From an uncultured Alphaproteobacteria bacterium (GTDB taxonomy: Bacteria > Pseudomonadota > Alphaproteobacteria > HIMB59 > GCA-002718135), in NCBI GenBank assembly GCA_902593125.1, contig CACJGU010000002.1:4808-68807 (forward strand): DNA of 64,000 nt. Reading direction: 5' to 3'. A program made the position numbers and the translations under genes. Shown piece after piece: positions 55,427 through 64,000 of the stretch; positions within the stretch are counted from its first letter, which is position 1, and each line of letters begins with the position of its first letter. The notes below the pieces were generated by a model, which searched no databases, had not been told where the DNA came from, and was given only the letters and a program-made list of their open reading frames with translations.

Positions 55427-56032
55427 ATGGTTTTGTTTAGATTAATACTTCTGCTTTCTTTTTTACAATTTATCTATTCATGTAATTCAAATAAAACTGA
55501 AGAAGAAATGGAGGAGCTTTGGAGTAAAGCTCAAACAACTGGTAAGATAATTGAAAGATCTGGAACTAAATTTAATTCAGGCCAAAATAAACAATTGGCT
55601 TTACAAGATGCAGAAACAAGACTTCAAAGTGGTGGCGGTCTGTTAGGAAATGATGGCTTGTCAGTTAGTGGAATTATAAACCAAGATAATTCAAAAGGAA
55701 GTGTTGGAACTTTTGGAATGCCAATAAACACATTTTTGTGGAGGGGTGCATTGGATACAATAAATTTCATGCCACTAAATTCAGCTGACCCAATTGGTGG
55801 TACAATCCTTACTGATTGGTATTCTTCCTCAAATAATGAAAATGAAAGGTGTAAATTAAATATATTTATTTCTGGGGCAGAACTGAAAACCCAAAATTTA
55901 AAGGTTACATCATTTTGTCAAGAATTTAAAAATCAAAAATGGATAAATAAGGATGTTAGCCCAGAAAATAATATCAAACTTGAAAATGCTATATTAAATA
56001 AAGCTAAAAAACTAAAATTGCAATCAAGTTAA
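55427..56032 (+). CDS. Lipoprotein (DUF3576-like)
   Basis: Lipobox-like FIYSC. Sits upstream of leuS, as I recall for other Alphaproteobacteria. Confidence 0.6.
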   Translation: MVLFRLILLLSFLQFIYSCNSNKTEEEMEELWSKAQTTGKIIERSGTKFNSGQNKQLALQDAETRLQSGGGLLGNDGLSVSGIINQDNSKGSVGTFGMPINTFLWRGALDTINFMPLNSADPIGGTILTDWYSSSNNENERCKLNIFISGAELKTQNLKVTSFCQEFKNQKWINKDVSPENNIKLENAILNKAKKLKLQSS

Positions 56033-56036
56033 AATA

Positions 56037-58559
56037 GTGTCATCAAGATACAACCACAAAATAGTAGAAAAAAAATGGCAAACTCAATGGAGTGATAAAA
56101 AAATATTTTCTACTGAAAAAGATAGTAAAAAAGAAAAATTTTATGTTTTAGAAATGTTTCCCTACCCTTCAGGTAAAATACATATGGGTCATGTAAGGAA
56201 TTATACTTTAGGAGATGTAGTAGCCAGGTATAAAAAAATGCAGGGTTATAATGTTCTACATCCAATGGGTTGGGACGCTTTTGGATTACCAGCAGAAAAT
56301 GCTGCAATTACAGAGAAAAAACATCCCCAAAAATGGACATACGAAAATATAAATACAATGAAAAAGCAGTTACTTGAAATGGGCTTGTCTTTAGATTGGA
56401 AACGAGAAATAGCTACATGTCATCCCGATTATTACAAACACGAGCAGAAGTTTTTTATAGATATGTATAAAGCAGGACTTGCTTATAAAAAAGAGGCTGA
56501 GGTTAATTGGGATCCTGTTGATAAAACTGTTTTAGCAAATGAACAGGTTATAGATGGTAAAGGTTGGCGCTCTGGCGCTGTGGTTGAAAAGAAGAAACTT
56601 TCTCAATGGTTTTTAAAGATAAGCAAATATTCTGAGGAGCTTTTGAATGATTTAGATAAACTTGAAAATTGGCCAAATAAAGTAAAGGTTATGCAATCTA
56701 ATTGGATTGGAAAATCTACAGGTGCAGAAATAAATTTTGAAATAGAAGAAAATTTTGATTCTTTAAAACATATAAGGGTTTTTACAACCAGACCTGATAC
56801 AATTTTTGGTGCAACGTTTATTGCTCTATCAGTTGACCATCAATTATCTATGAAGTTATCTGAAGATAATGTCGATTTACAAAAATTTATAAACGAATGT
56901 AAAAATATAGATCCAGAAAAAAATAAAAGGGGTTTTAAAACTCAAATATCTGTTAACCATCCTTTTATAAAGAATAAAAAATTACCTGTTTTCATAGCTA
57001 ATTTTGTATTGTCTGAATACGGTCTAGGGGCAATTTTTGGTTGTCCTGCACACGATCAAAGAGATTTAGATTTCGCTAAAAATTATAATATTGAAATTAT
57101 ACAAGTTGTAAAACCCATAAAAACAAATACCGATAGTTTAGATAAAACCAATACTGCCTTTACAGATAATGGTGTTGTTATAAATTCTGATTTTTTAAAT
57201 GGATTAACAACGGAAGAGGCCAAGACAAAAATTTTACAAATTATCGAAAAAAACAAAATTGGTATCAAAAAAATAAACTATAAATTAAGAGACTGGGGTA
57301 TTTCGAGACAACGATTTTGGGGGTGCCCTATTCCAATAATCTATAGAGAAGATGGTTCGGTGGTTCCAGTAAAAGAAGAGAGCCTGCCAGTAAAACTCCC
57401 TGAAATTAGTGAATTTAATGAATCGTCCAGTGCTTTGAAAAATTTTAGTAATTGGAGTGAAACAACTTGCGAAGAAACTGGAATGAAAGCTTATCGTGAA
57501 ACTGACACCTTTGATACTTTTTTTGAATCATCTTGGTATTACTTTAGATACTGTAATGCAAGAGACACTGGTCCTTTTAAAAAAGAGGATGTTCATTATT
57601 GGTTACCAGTTGATCAATATATAGGGGGTATAGAGCATGCCATTCTTCATTTGCTATATTCAAGGTTCTTTACCAAGGTTTTAAGAGACTTAGGCTATTT
57701 TAAGTTGGATGAGCCGTTTAAGGGACTGTTTACTCAAGGAATGGTGACTCATCAAACATATAAAAATTCTAAAAATGAATGGGTAGAACCAAAAGATGTA
57801 AAAGAGGTAGATGGAATTTTGTACGATTTAAATAACAACAAGATTGAAATAGGAAAGATTGAAAAGATGAGTAAATCTAAAAAAAATGTCGTTGATCCTG
57901 GGGACATTATTAATTTATATGGTGCTGATACAGCCCGGTGGTTCATGTTATCAGACAGTCCGCCTGAGAGAGATTTGCAATGGACAGAGACTGGTGTTGT
58001 TTCCTCTCATAAATTTATTAACAGAATATGGGATCTGGTTTTAAAATTTAAAAACTATAATACAATGAATACAGCTGGGGACGATGTTGTTAATAATCTT
58101 AAAGCAATAATTAATGATGTAACTTCTAATATAGACAAATTTCAGTTTAATAAATCAGTTGCAAAAATTTATGAGTACTCAAACTTACTTAATGATTCAA
58201 TAAATAAAAACATCTTATCTGTTAAAAATTATGAATGGGGGTTAAAAAAATTGGCAATAATATTACAGCCATTTGTGCCTCATCTGAGTGAAGAAATTTG
58301 GTCAGAGGTTGGGGGTAGGCAAATGTGTATAGAGCAAAGCTGGCCTAATGAAAAAGTAGAGGATGAAAAAAAGAAAAGTAATATTGCAATTCAGGTTAAT
58401 GGGAAAACCAGAAGTGTTATTTCTGTAAATAATTCTATTACTAAAAAAATGTTGTTAGAAATAGTTATGAAGGATAAAAAAATATTAAAGTATATTGAAA
58501 ATAAAAGTATAAAAAAGGAAGTTTATGTACCTGGAAAAATCTTAAACTTGGTTTTATGA
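56037..58559 (+). CDS. leuS: Leucyl-tRNA synthetase
   Basis: HIGH-type motif PSGKIHMGH and KMSKS motif ([10 protein letters not shown]). GTG start. Confidence 0.96.
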   Translation: MSSRYNHKIVEKKWQTQWSDKKIFSTEKDSKKEKFYVLEMFPYPSGKIHMGHVRNYTLGDVVARYKKMQGYNVLHPMGWDAFGLPAENAAITEKKHPQKWTYENINTMKKQLLEMGLSLDWKREIATCHPDYYKHEQKFFIDMYKAGLAYKKEAEVNWDPVDKTVLANEQVIDGKGWRSGAVVEKKKLSQWFLKISKYSEELLNDLDKLENWPNKVKVMQSNWIGKSTGAEINFEIEENFDSLKHIRVFTTRPDTIFGATFIALSVDHQLSMKLSEDNVDLQKFINECKNIDPEKNKRGFKTQISVNHPFIKNKKLPVFIANFVLSEYGLGAIFGCPAHDQRDLDFAKNYNIEIIQVVKPIKTNTDSLDKTNTAFTDNGVVINSDFLNGLTTEEAKTKILQIIEKNKIGIKKINYKLRDWGISRQRFWGCPIPIIYREDGSVVPVKEESLPVKLPEISEFNESSSALKNFSNWSETTCEETGMKAYRETDTFDTFFESSWYYFRYCNARDTGPFKKEDVHYWLPVDQYIGGIEHAILHLLYSRFFTKVLRDLGYFKLDEPFKGLFTQGMVTHQTYKNSKNEWVEPKDVKEVDGILYDLNNNKIEIGKIEKMSKSKKNVVDPGDIINLYGADTARWFMLSDSPPERDLQWTETGVVSSHKFINRIWDLVLKFKNYNTMNTAGDDVVNNLKAIINDVTSNIDKFQFNKSVAKIYEYSNLLNDSINKNILSVKNYEWGLKKLAIILQPFVPHLSEEIWSEVGGRQMCIEQSWPNEKVEDEKKKSNIAIQVNGKTRSVISVNNSITKKMLLEIVMKDKKILKYIENKSIKKEVYVPGKILNLVL

Positions 58560-59047
58560 TATACTTTAGATCATTTATAATATTGTTAATTTTCTCTGTG
58601 GCTTCGTGTAGTGGAATAGAGTTTGTTTATAAAGAACAAGAAAACTTCACAAACCCTATTTATAATAAAGCTGTTGTAAACTTATCTGGAAAAGAAATTC
58701 CGTTTGCTCAAAGATATATTTCTAGATATATTGGAAATGGATCAGAAAAAATATATAGTCTTGGAATAAGCATAGCTGAAGAGAAGATAAAACGGTCGGT
58801 TCAATCTAACCAAGCAGTTTCTAAAATGGATTATAATTTAGAATTTTTTTATTCATTAAGAGATTTAAACAAAAACTGTGTTGTTTATGAAAAATCATTA
58901 TTCTCAAACTTCTCGTATGCACCTAAATCAGAAGGTTATAATTTTGGATCTGATGAATCTTTAGATCAAATGTATAAATTGGCAACAAAAGAAAATATCG
59001 AGCGTTTTGTAAGATTTATATCTGCAGAAAAATTAGTCTGTAAATAA
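58556..59047 (+). CDS. lptE: LPS-assembly lipoprotein LptE
   Basis: Lipobox FSVASC. Conserved leuS-lptE-holA order; overlaps leuS by 4 nt. Confidence 0.65.
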   Translation: MIYFRSFIILLIFSVASCSGIEFVYKEQENFTNPIYNKAVVNLSGKEIPFAQRYISRYIGNGSEKIYSLGISIAEEKIKRSVQSNQAVSKMDYNLEFFYSLRDLNKNCVVYEKSLFSNFSYAPKSEGYNFGSDESLDQMYKLATKENIERFVRFISAEKLVCK

Positions 59048-59985
59048 TGAGAATTGACCCCATAGAACTAATAATTAATCCCAACGCTAACAATAAAAAA
59101 ACTTTTTACTTTATATCAGGAAATGAGTTTACTTTGATGGAGAAAACAAAAAATGTTATTTTTGATATTTATAATAAAGAAAGTGGGTTTAATAAAAAAA
59201 AAATAAAAAATCTTTCTCTATATAAAAGTGAAATTGGACTTTTTGAAAGCAGAAATATTTATCTAATAGATGACGTAAAAAATATAGAAGAAGATCATTT
59301 AGACAAAATCAAATTAAATGAAGATGTTTTTGTTTTTATTTCAGAAAACAGCCCTAAAAATAAATCACTTAAAAATATTTTTTTAAAAAGAAGTGATAGT
59401 TTTTTAATTGATTGTTATGAAATGAACAAACAAATTAAGGTAAGATTATTTAACTCATATTTAAACAAAAAAAATATTATTTTAGAAAAAGAACTTTTTT
59501 GGAAAGTTGTCGATATCCTGGACAACAAATATCTTTTTTTTGAGAAAGAATTAGATAAACTCTCTTTATTAGAAAATCAAAATATTAACGAGGATAATTT
59601 GATAAGGTTAATCTCAAGATCATCGCCAAACATTGAAAAAATATTTTTTAGAATACTTGATAAAAGTGATGTTTTGATTGATAATTATAATAAAAATATT
59701 TCTAACCAAAGCGATGTTTATAATTTATTTGCTTCAGTTAAGAAATATTGTTCCTTGATAATAAACAATGATAATTTAAATGATTTTGAAAATAGTATTC
59801 CAAAATATCTATTTAGAGAAAAGAGTTTTCTTTTAAGTTTGTTTAATTATCTTGATCATAATAAAAGAAAGAAGATAATCGCTCTTGTCTCAAATACAGA
59901 AAAAACAATGAGAATAAATAATGAATTAACAATGGTAATTTGTTTAAGGTTTTTATTAAATTTAAAAAGAATAATTACTTCTTAA
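59047..59985 (+). CDS. holA: DNA polymerase III delta subunit
   Basis: Size and position downstream of lptE fit HolA. The call rests mainly on synteny because the sequence is divergent. Confidence 0.6.
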   Translation: MRIDPIELIINPNANNKKTFYFISGNEFTLMEKTKNVIFDIYNKESGFNKKKIKNLSLYKSEIGLFESRNIYLIDDVKNIEEDHLDKIKLNEDVFVFISENSPKNKSLKNIFLKRSDSFLIDCYEMNKQIKVRLFNSYLNKKNIILEKELFWKVVDILDNKYLFFEKELDKLSLLENQNINEDNLIRLISRSSPNIEKIFFRILDKSDVLIDNYNKNISNQSDVYNLFASVKKYCSLIINNDNLNDFENSIPKYLFREKSFLLSLFNYLDHNKRKKIIALVSNTEKTMRINNELTMVICLRFLLNLKRIITS

Positions 59986-60808
59986 GTCTTTTCATTAGAT
60001 CATCTAATTGATTTAGGTCAGAATAATAAAGTGTTAAAGATCCTGATGATCCATTTTCATTAAATTGAATAGAGGTTTTAAGGCCTATTTTGTCAGAAAG
60101 TTCTTTTTCAAGGTCTGTTATGTTAGGATCTTTGGTCTTTACAGATTTTTTATTATTTTTAAACTTAGAGGTAATATTTTCTACCTGTCTAACACTTAAT
60201 TTCTTATCTATAATTTCCTTAGCTCTATCAAGAGCATTGGGAACACCTATTAAGGCCCTGGCATGACCCATTGATAGCTTGCCGTTAATAACAAAGTTTT
60301 TTATTTCATCATCTAACTCTAAAAGCCTTAAAATATTTGATACATGGCTTGAACTTTTGCCAATCTTCTTTGCTAAATTTTCATTTGTTATATTTTTTAA
60401 TTCAATTAATCCTTTATAAGCATATGCTTCTTCAATAACATTGAGATCTTCTCTTTGAATATTTTCAATCAAAGCTGCTTCAAGAACATTAATATCCTCA
60501 ACATCCCGAATAATACATTCGATCTCATGAAGTCCAGCAAGTTGAGATGCTCTCCATCGCCTTTCTCCAGCAATAATTTGATATTGCCCATCATCAACCG
60601 GCCTAACAATAATTGGTTGAATTAGTCCTTGGTTTTTAATTGATAATGATAGCTCCTTTAATTCATTTTCAATAAAATTTTTTCTAGGCTGTGATGGGTT
60701 AGGTATTATTTGTGAAATATTAATTTTTTTTACTCCTTGGTTACCATTATTTGTATTTGTAGATAATAAAGCTCCCAAACCCATTCCTAATTTATTATCT
60801 TTATTCAT
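59975..60808 (-). CDS. parB: Chromosome partitioning protein ParB
   Basis: IQPIIVRP, GERRWRA and an HTH region. Confidence 0.93.
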   Translation of the reverse strand: MNKDNKLGMGLGALLSTNTNNGNQGVKKINISQIIPNPSQPRKNFIENELKELSLSIKNQGLIQPIIVRPVDDGQYQIIAGERRWRASQLAGLHEIECIIRDVEDINVLEAALIENIQREDLNVIEEAYAYKGLIELKNITNENLAKKIGKSSSHVSNILRLLELDDEIKNFVINGKLSMGHARALIGVPNALDRAKEIIDKKLSVRQVENITSKFKNNKKSVKTKDPNITDLEKELSDKIGLKTSIQFNENGSSGSLTLYYSDLNQLDDLMKRLKK

Positions 60809-60809
60809 G

Positions 60810-61574
60810 TTATTTATTTTGGTTTAAAATTACTTCTTTTGCAAGCTCAATATAAGCTAAAGATCCGGCAGCTTGTGTATCATATACAAGTGCAGGTTTC
60901 CCATGGCTTGGAGCCTCAGATATTTTTACATTTCTGGGAATTGTGGTTTTATAAACCTTTTCTCCAAAATGTTGCCGAACATCTTTTTCAACCAATGAGC
61001 TTAGAGAGTTTCTTTTGTCCATCATTGTTAATAATATTCCTTCGATTTTAAGATCACTGTTGAAGTTTTGTTGAATTAATTTGATAGTTTGCATTAGCGC
61101 TGAAAGACCCTCTAGGGCAAAAAATTCTGACTGAAGAGGGATCAGTGTTGTATTTGATGCTACTAATGAATTGATAGTTAGCAAGCCAAGTGCTGGTGGG
61201 CAGTCTACAAAAATAAAATCAAAGTTATCAATTTCATCAAAGATTGATTTAAATACAAACTCCCTATTTTCAAAATTTGTCAACTCTACCTCCGCTGCAG
61301 CTAAGTCGGTGTTTGCTCCAATTATTTTTAGACCAGGAATTAATGTTTCTTTTATTCCTTCTTTAAGAAATTTCTTTTCATGAATCATTTCATAAATAGA
61401 TGGCTTTCTATCATTGTGGATAAGCCCAAGTCCTGTGCTTGAATTTCCTTGCGGATCAGCATCGACAATTAAAACATTTTTTTTTACTGCAGCTAATGAA
61501 GTAGCTAGGTTTATTGTGGTTGTGGTTTTGCCAACACCACCTTTTTGGTTAGATATAGAAATAATTTTTTTCAC
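60810..61574 (-). CDS. parA: Chromosome partitioning ATPase ParA/Soj
   Basis: Deviant Walker A NQKGGVGKTTT and IFVDCPP motif. Confidence 0.95.
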   Translation of the reverse strand: MKKIISISNQKGGVGKTTTTINLATSLAAVKKNVLIVDADPQGNSSTGLGLIHNDRKPSIYEMIHEKKFLKEGIKETLIPGLKIIGANTDLAAAEVELTNFENREFVFKSIFDEIDNFDFIFVDCPPALGLLTINSLVASNTTLIPLQSEFFALEGLSALMQTIKLIQQNFNSDLKIEGILLTMMDKRNSLSSLVEKDVRQHFGEKVYKTTIPRNVKISEAPSHGKPALVYDTQAAGSLAYIELAKEVILNQNK

Positions 61575-62176
61575 AGTTTGTTATATTTGTTTATTTTTAA
61601 TACATACCCATCTCCTATACTTTGACTTTGATAAAGATCGTATTCAAAGCTAAAGGATTTTTTTGCATCATGTATTTCTTTCTTAACATTTCTTCCTTTT
61701 AGAAAAAGCAGTGATGTATTTTTTTTAGTAAAAAAGCGTGAATAATCTAATAATTTAGCTAGTGGAGCAAAAGCACGACAGATAATAAAGTCAAATTTTT
61801 GATTTTTTATTTTTTCAACCCTTGTACAAATAGTTTTTATTTCTAAATTCTGCTCGTGTGCAAATTCTTTGATAAAGTTTATTTTTTTCATCTTTGAGTC
61901 AATCAATAATATATTTGAATGCCCAAAAATATGTAGGATCACCCCTGGCAACCCTGCGCCAGTACCAAGATCTATTATAGATGCATTTTTTTTCAAAATA
62001 AATTCAGACAATTGTAATGAATCATTAATATGTCTATCCCAAGCAAAATCAAGTGTGGAGGGTCCTACTAAATTGTGTATTTGGTTGCTTTTTGTTAACT
62101 TTAGTATGTAGCTATCGATTAAATCAATTTGCTTTTTGTTAAGATTATATTTTTTTATTACAGCGCTTTTATTCAA
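61571..62176 (-). CDS. rsmG: 16S rRNA (guanine527-N7)-methyltransferase RsmG
   Basis: DLGTGAGLPG SAM motif. Lies between parA and mnmG. Confidence 0.9.
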   Translation of the reverse strand: MNKSAVIKKYNLNKKQIDLIDSYILKLTKSNQIHNLVGPSTLDFAWDRHINDSLQLSEFILKKNASIIDLGTGAGLPGVILHIFGHSNILLIDSKMKKINFIKEFAHEQNLEIKTICTRVEKIKNQKFDFIICRAFAPLAKLLDYSRFFTKKNTSLLFLKGRNVKKEIHDAKKSFSFEYDLYQSQSIGDGYVLKINKYNKL

Positions 62177-62177
62177 A

Positions 62178-64000
62178 TTATGCTGCTTTTTTATTTTTAT
62201 TTTTTTTAATATATCTAAGAAGTGCTATGGTGGCTGCCGGTGTTACACCCGATATTCTTGAAGCTGCCCCAAGTGTTGGTGGTTTAATTTTCGATAATTT
62301 TTCTACTATCTCATTAGATAAGCTGCCAACTAGTTTGTAATTAGTTGATTTTGGAATTGTTAAACTTTCTTCTTTTTCAAAATCTTGAATATCCATTCTT
62401 TGCCTATCAAGATAGCCTGCGTACTTAGCTTCAATTTCTATTTGTTCTATTACGTCGTCTTCTAAATCACATAATTCAGGAAGTATTTTTTTGAGCTTGG
62501 TGGTTGTAATATTAGAAAACGACAAAAGGTCTATGATATTTCTTTTCTTTCCATCTTTGTTTATTTTTATACCCTTTTTCAGAAGTGCGTCTGGTGAGAA
62601 TTTGTAATTTTTTACAAACTTAAACCCCTCTTTAATTCTTCTGGATTTTTTTTCAAATTCTCTTTGCCTATCTATATCAACACAACCTATATCAATTCCA
62701 AGAGGTGTAAGTCTTAAATCTGCATTATCAGCCCGAAGCAAAAGTCTATATTCAGACCTTGATGTAAACATTCTATATGGCTCTTTAGTTCCTTTTGTAA
62801 CTAAATCGTCTATCAAAACACCTATATATCCGGAGGACCTGGATATTATAAATTCTTTATTAGATGTTGTTTTAAGTGATGCATTTATCCCAGCTATTAT
62901 ACCTTGTGCAGCTGCTTCTTCGTATCCAGTTGTTCCATTTATCTGCCCGGCAAAAAATAAATTTTTAATTTTTTTTGTTTCAAGTGTGTGTGTTAGTTCT
63001 TGTGGGTCAACAAAATCATATTCAATAGCATAAGCAGGTTGTGTAATTGTAACATTCTCTAAACCTTTAATCGTTTTAACAAATTGTTCTTGAATTTCAG
63101 TTGGAAGTGAAGAGGATATTCCGTTTGGATATATTAAATCACTATCTAATCCTTCTGGCTCAAGAAATATCTGGTGTGATGATTTATTTTTGAATTTATG
63201 AATTTTATCTTCAATAGATGGGCAATACCTAGCTCCCATTGATTTTATTTCTCCAGAATACATTGGTGATAGGCTCAGGTTCTGAGCGATTATTTCATGG
63301 GTATTTTTATTAGTATGAGTGATAAAACAAGATATTTGAGGAATGTGGATATCTCTGTTAATAAAAGAAAATGGAACAGGCTTTTTATCTGGGTATTGTT
63401 CATCTAAGTCATTGAAATTTATAGTTTTTTTAAGTAATCTTGGGGGTGTTCCTGTTTTTAATCTGCCTATTGAAAACTTTAGGTCCTTAAGCCTTTTTGC
63501 AAGCTTTATTGAGGGTTTATCACCAACCCTTCCAGCTTCTTGCTTCTCTGAGCCTATTCTTATTAAACCCTGTAAGAAAGTACCCGTAGTTAAAACCACA
63601 GATTTCGAGGATATCTTTTTATTATCACCTAAAACAACTCCATTTACCTGATTATTTAAAACAATTAAATCTTCTACTGAACCCTCAATAATTTGAAGAT
63701 TCTTTTGCCTAGATACAAGCTCATTTATGGCATTTTTATATAAAATACGGTCTGTTTGTGCTCTCGGACCCCTTACAGCAGCACCTCTGCTGGAGTTTAA
63801 CATTCTAAACTGAATACAGGATCTGTCTGTAGCTTTGGCCATAATTCCATCTAAAGCATCTATTTCCTTTACAAGATGTCCTTTTCCAAGACCTCCAATT
63901 GCAGGATTGCATGACATTTCTCCTATTTTATCAACTTTATGAGTAATTAAAGCTGTATTTGATCCAGTTCTTGCAGATGAACATGCTGCTTCAACGCCTG
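62178..64000 (-). CDS. mnmG: tRNA uridine 5-carboxymethylaminomethyl modification enzyme MnmG (5' end beyond window)
   Basis: [18 protein letters not shown]-like ([11 protein letters not shown]) and [14 protein letters not shown] motifs. The frame stays open from 63918 to 64000 ([27 protein letters not shown]). Confidence 0.95.
   Translation of the reverse strand, partial: GVEAACSSARTGSNTALITHKVDKIGEMSCNPAIGGLGKGHLVKEIDALDGIMAKATDRSCIQFRMLNSSRGAAVRGPRAQTDRILYKNAINELVSRQKNLQIIEGSVEDLIVLNNQVNGVVLGDNKKISSKSVVLTTGTFLQGLIRIGSEKQEAGRVGDKPSIKLAKRLKDLKFSIGRLKTGTPPRLLKKTINFNDLDEQYPDKKPVPFSFINRDIHIPQISCFITHTNKNTHEIIAQNLSLSPMYSGEIKSMGARYCPSIEDKIHKFKNKSSHQIFLEPEGLDSDLIYPNGISSSLPTEIQEQFVKTIKGLENVTITQPAYAIEYDFVDPQELTHTLETKKIKNLFFAGQINGTTGYEEAAAQGIIAGINASLKTTSNKEFIISRSSGYIGVLIDDLVTKGTKEPYRMFTSRSEYRLLLRADNADLRLTPLGIDIGCVDIDRQREFEKKSRRIKEGFKFVKNYKFSPDALLKKGIKINKDGKKRNIIDLLSFSNITTTKLKKILPELCDLEDDVIEQIEIEAKYAGYLDRQRMDIQDFEKEESLTIPKSTNYKLVGSLSNEIVEKLSKIKPPTLGAASRISGVTPAATIALLRYIKKNKNKKAA

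Noticed and set aside
2685-63651. Numerous 60-104-aa ORFs nested antisense or out of frame within long genes. Examples are 2685-2870, 4977-5168, 5565-5747, 11568-11855, 12527-12754, 13056-13328, 18852-19151, 19403-19642, 19711-19977, 20246-20557, 23756-24031, 24512-24697, 26005-26199, 35149-35403, 37246-37476, 37787-37975, 40377-40589, 45658-45840, 46680-46874, 49034-49312, 50612-50926, 51978-52199, 53673-53912, 56110-56307, 57083-57268, 57752-57946, 60839-61051, 61171-61383, 61414-61653, 61869-62111 and 63343-63651.
   Set aside because: These are shadow ORFs inside genes with strong motif support on the other frame or strand. Their products are F/L/I/S-rich low-complexity sequence, as expected by chance.
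59975-64000. The parB-parA-rsmG-mnmG cluster suggested oriC might lie in the window.
   Set aside because: These genes are packed with 0-4-nt spacers, and no AT-rich intergenic region with DnaA-box clusters is present here. Any origin would lie outside the window.

Overview
This is a very AT-rich, extremely gene-dense alphaproteobacterial chromosome segment. Its gene content, gene order and streamlining (1-4 nt gene overlaps, almost no spacers) look like SAR11/Pelagibacterales; that assignment is recognition by eye, not a search result. Positions 1-25.2 kb and 42.5-64 kb are housekeeping. They hold an amino-acid binding protein, yggT, folD, argG, an ECF sigma/ChrR pair, tsaD, acs, tdk, rsmB and purH. 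Further on come the retinal operon crtI-crtB-crtY-blh, ftsK, lolA, yggS, a porin, leuS-lptE-holA and parB-parA-rsmG-mnmG (mnmG runs off the window end). Positions 10.3-14.6 kb and 25.3-29.7 kb carry surface-modification style genes: tandem TPR-glycosyltransferase paralogues, a TPR-sulfotransferase, a 2OG oxygenase, a methyltransferase and a sulfotransferase. The outstanding structure lies at 29.7-42.5 kb. tRNA-Gly(GCC) (42470-42544, minus strand, just downstream of blh) is followed by four tandem integration modules, each delimited by a direct copy of the 3' 50-51 nt of that tRNA. Three copies are perfect; the one farthest from the tRNA is decayed. Each module carries its own class of 11-nt-phased TGTC-NNN doublet repeats on its arms, which I read as putative arm-type integrase sites. 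Only the 9.3-kb module encodes a tyrosine integrase. That module also carries a Type III restriction-modification pair and a compositionally distinct, G+C-richer block of six small orphan genes. The block includes a Cas4/RecB-like Fe-S nuclease with an unknown partner, two zinc-ribbon proteins and a strongly acidic small protein, together with iteron-like repeats. The other three modules are about 0.8-1.3 kb single-gene cassettes without recombinase. I saw no rRNA, CRISPR array or transposase. All functional calls come from motif recognition in the supplied translations; no database search was possible.
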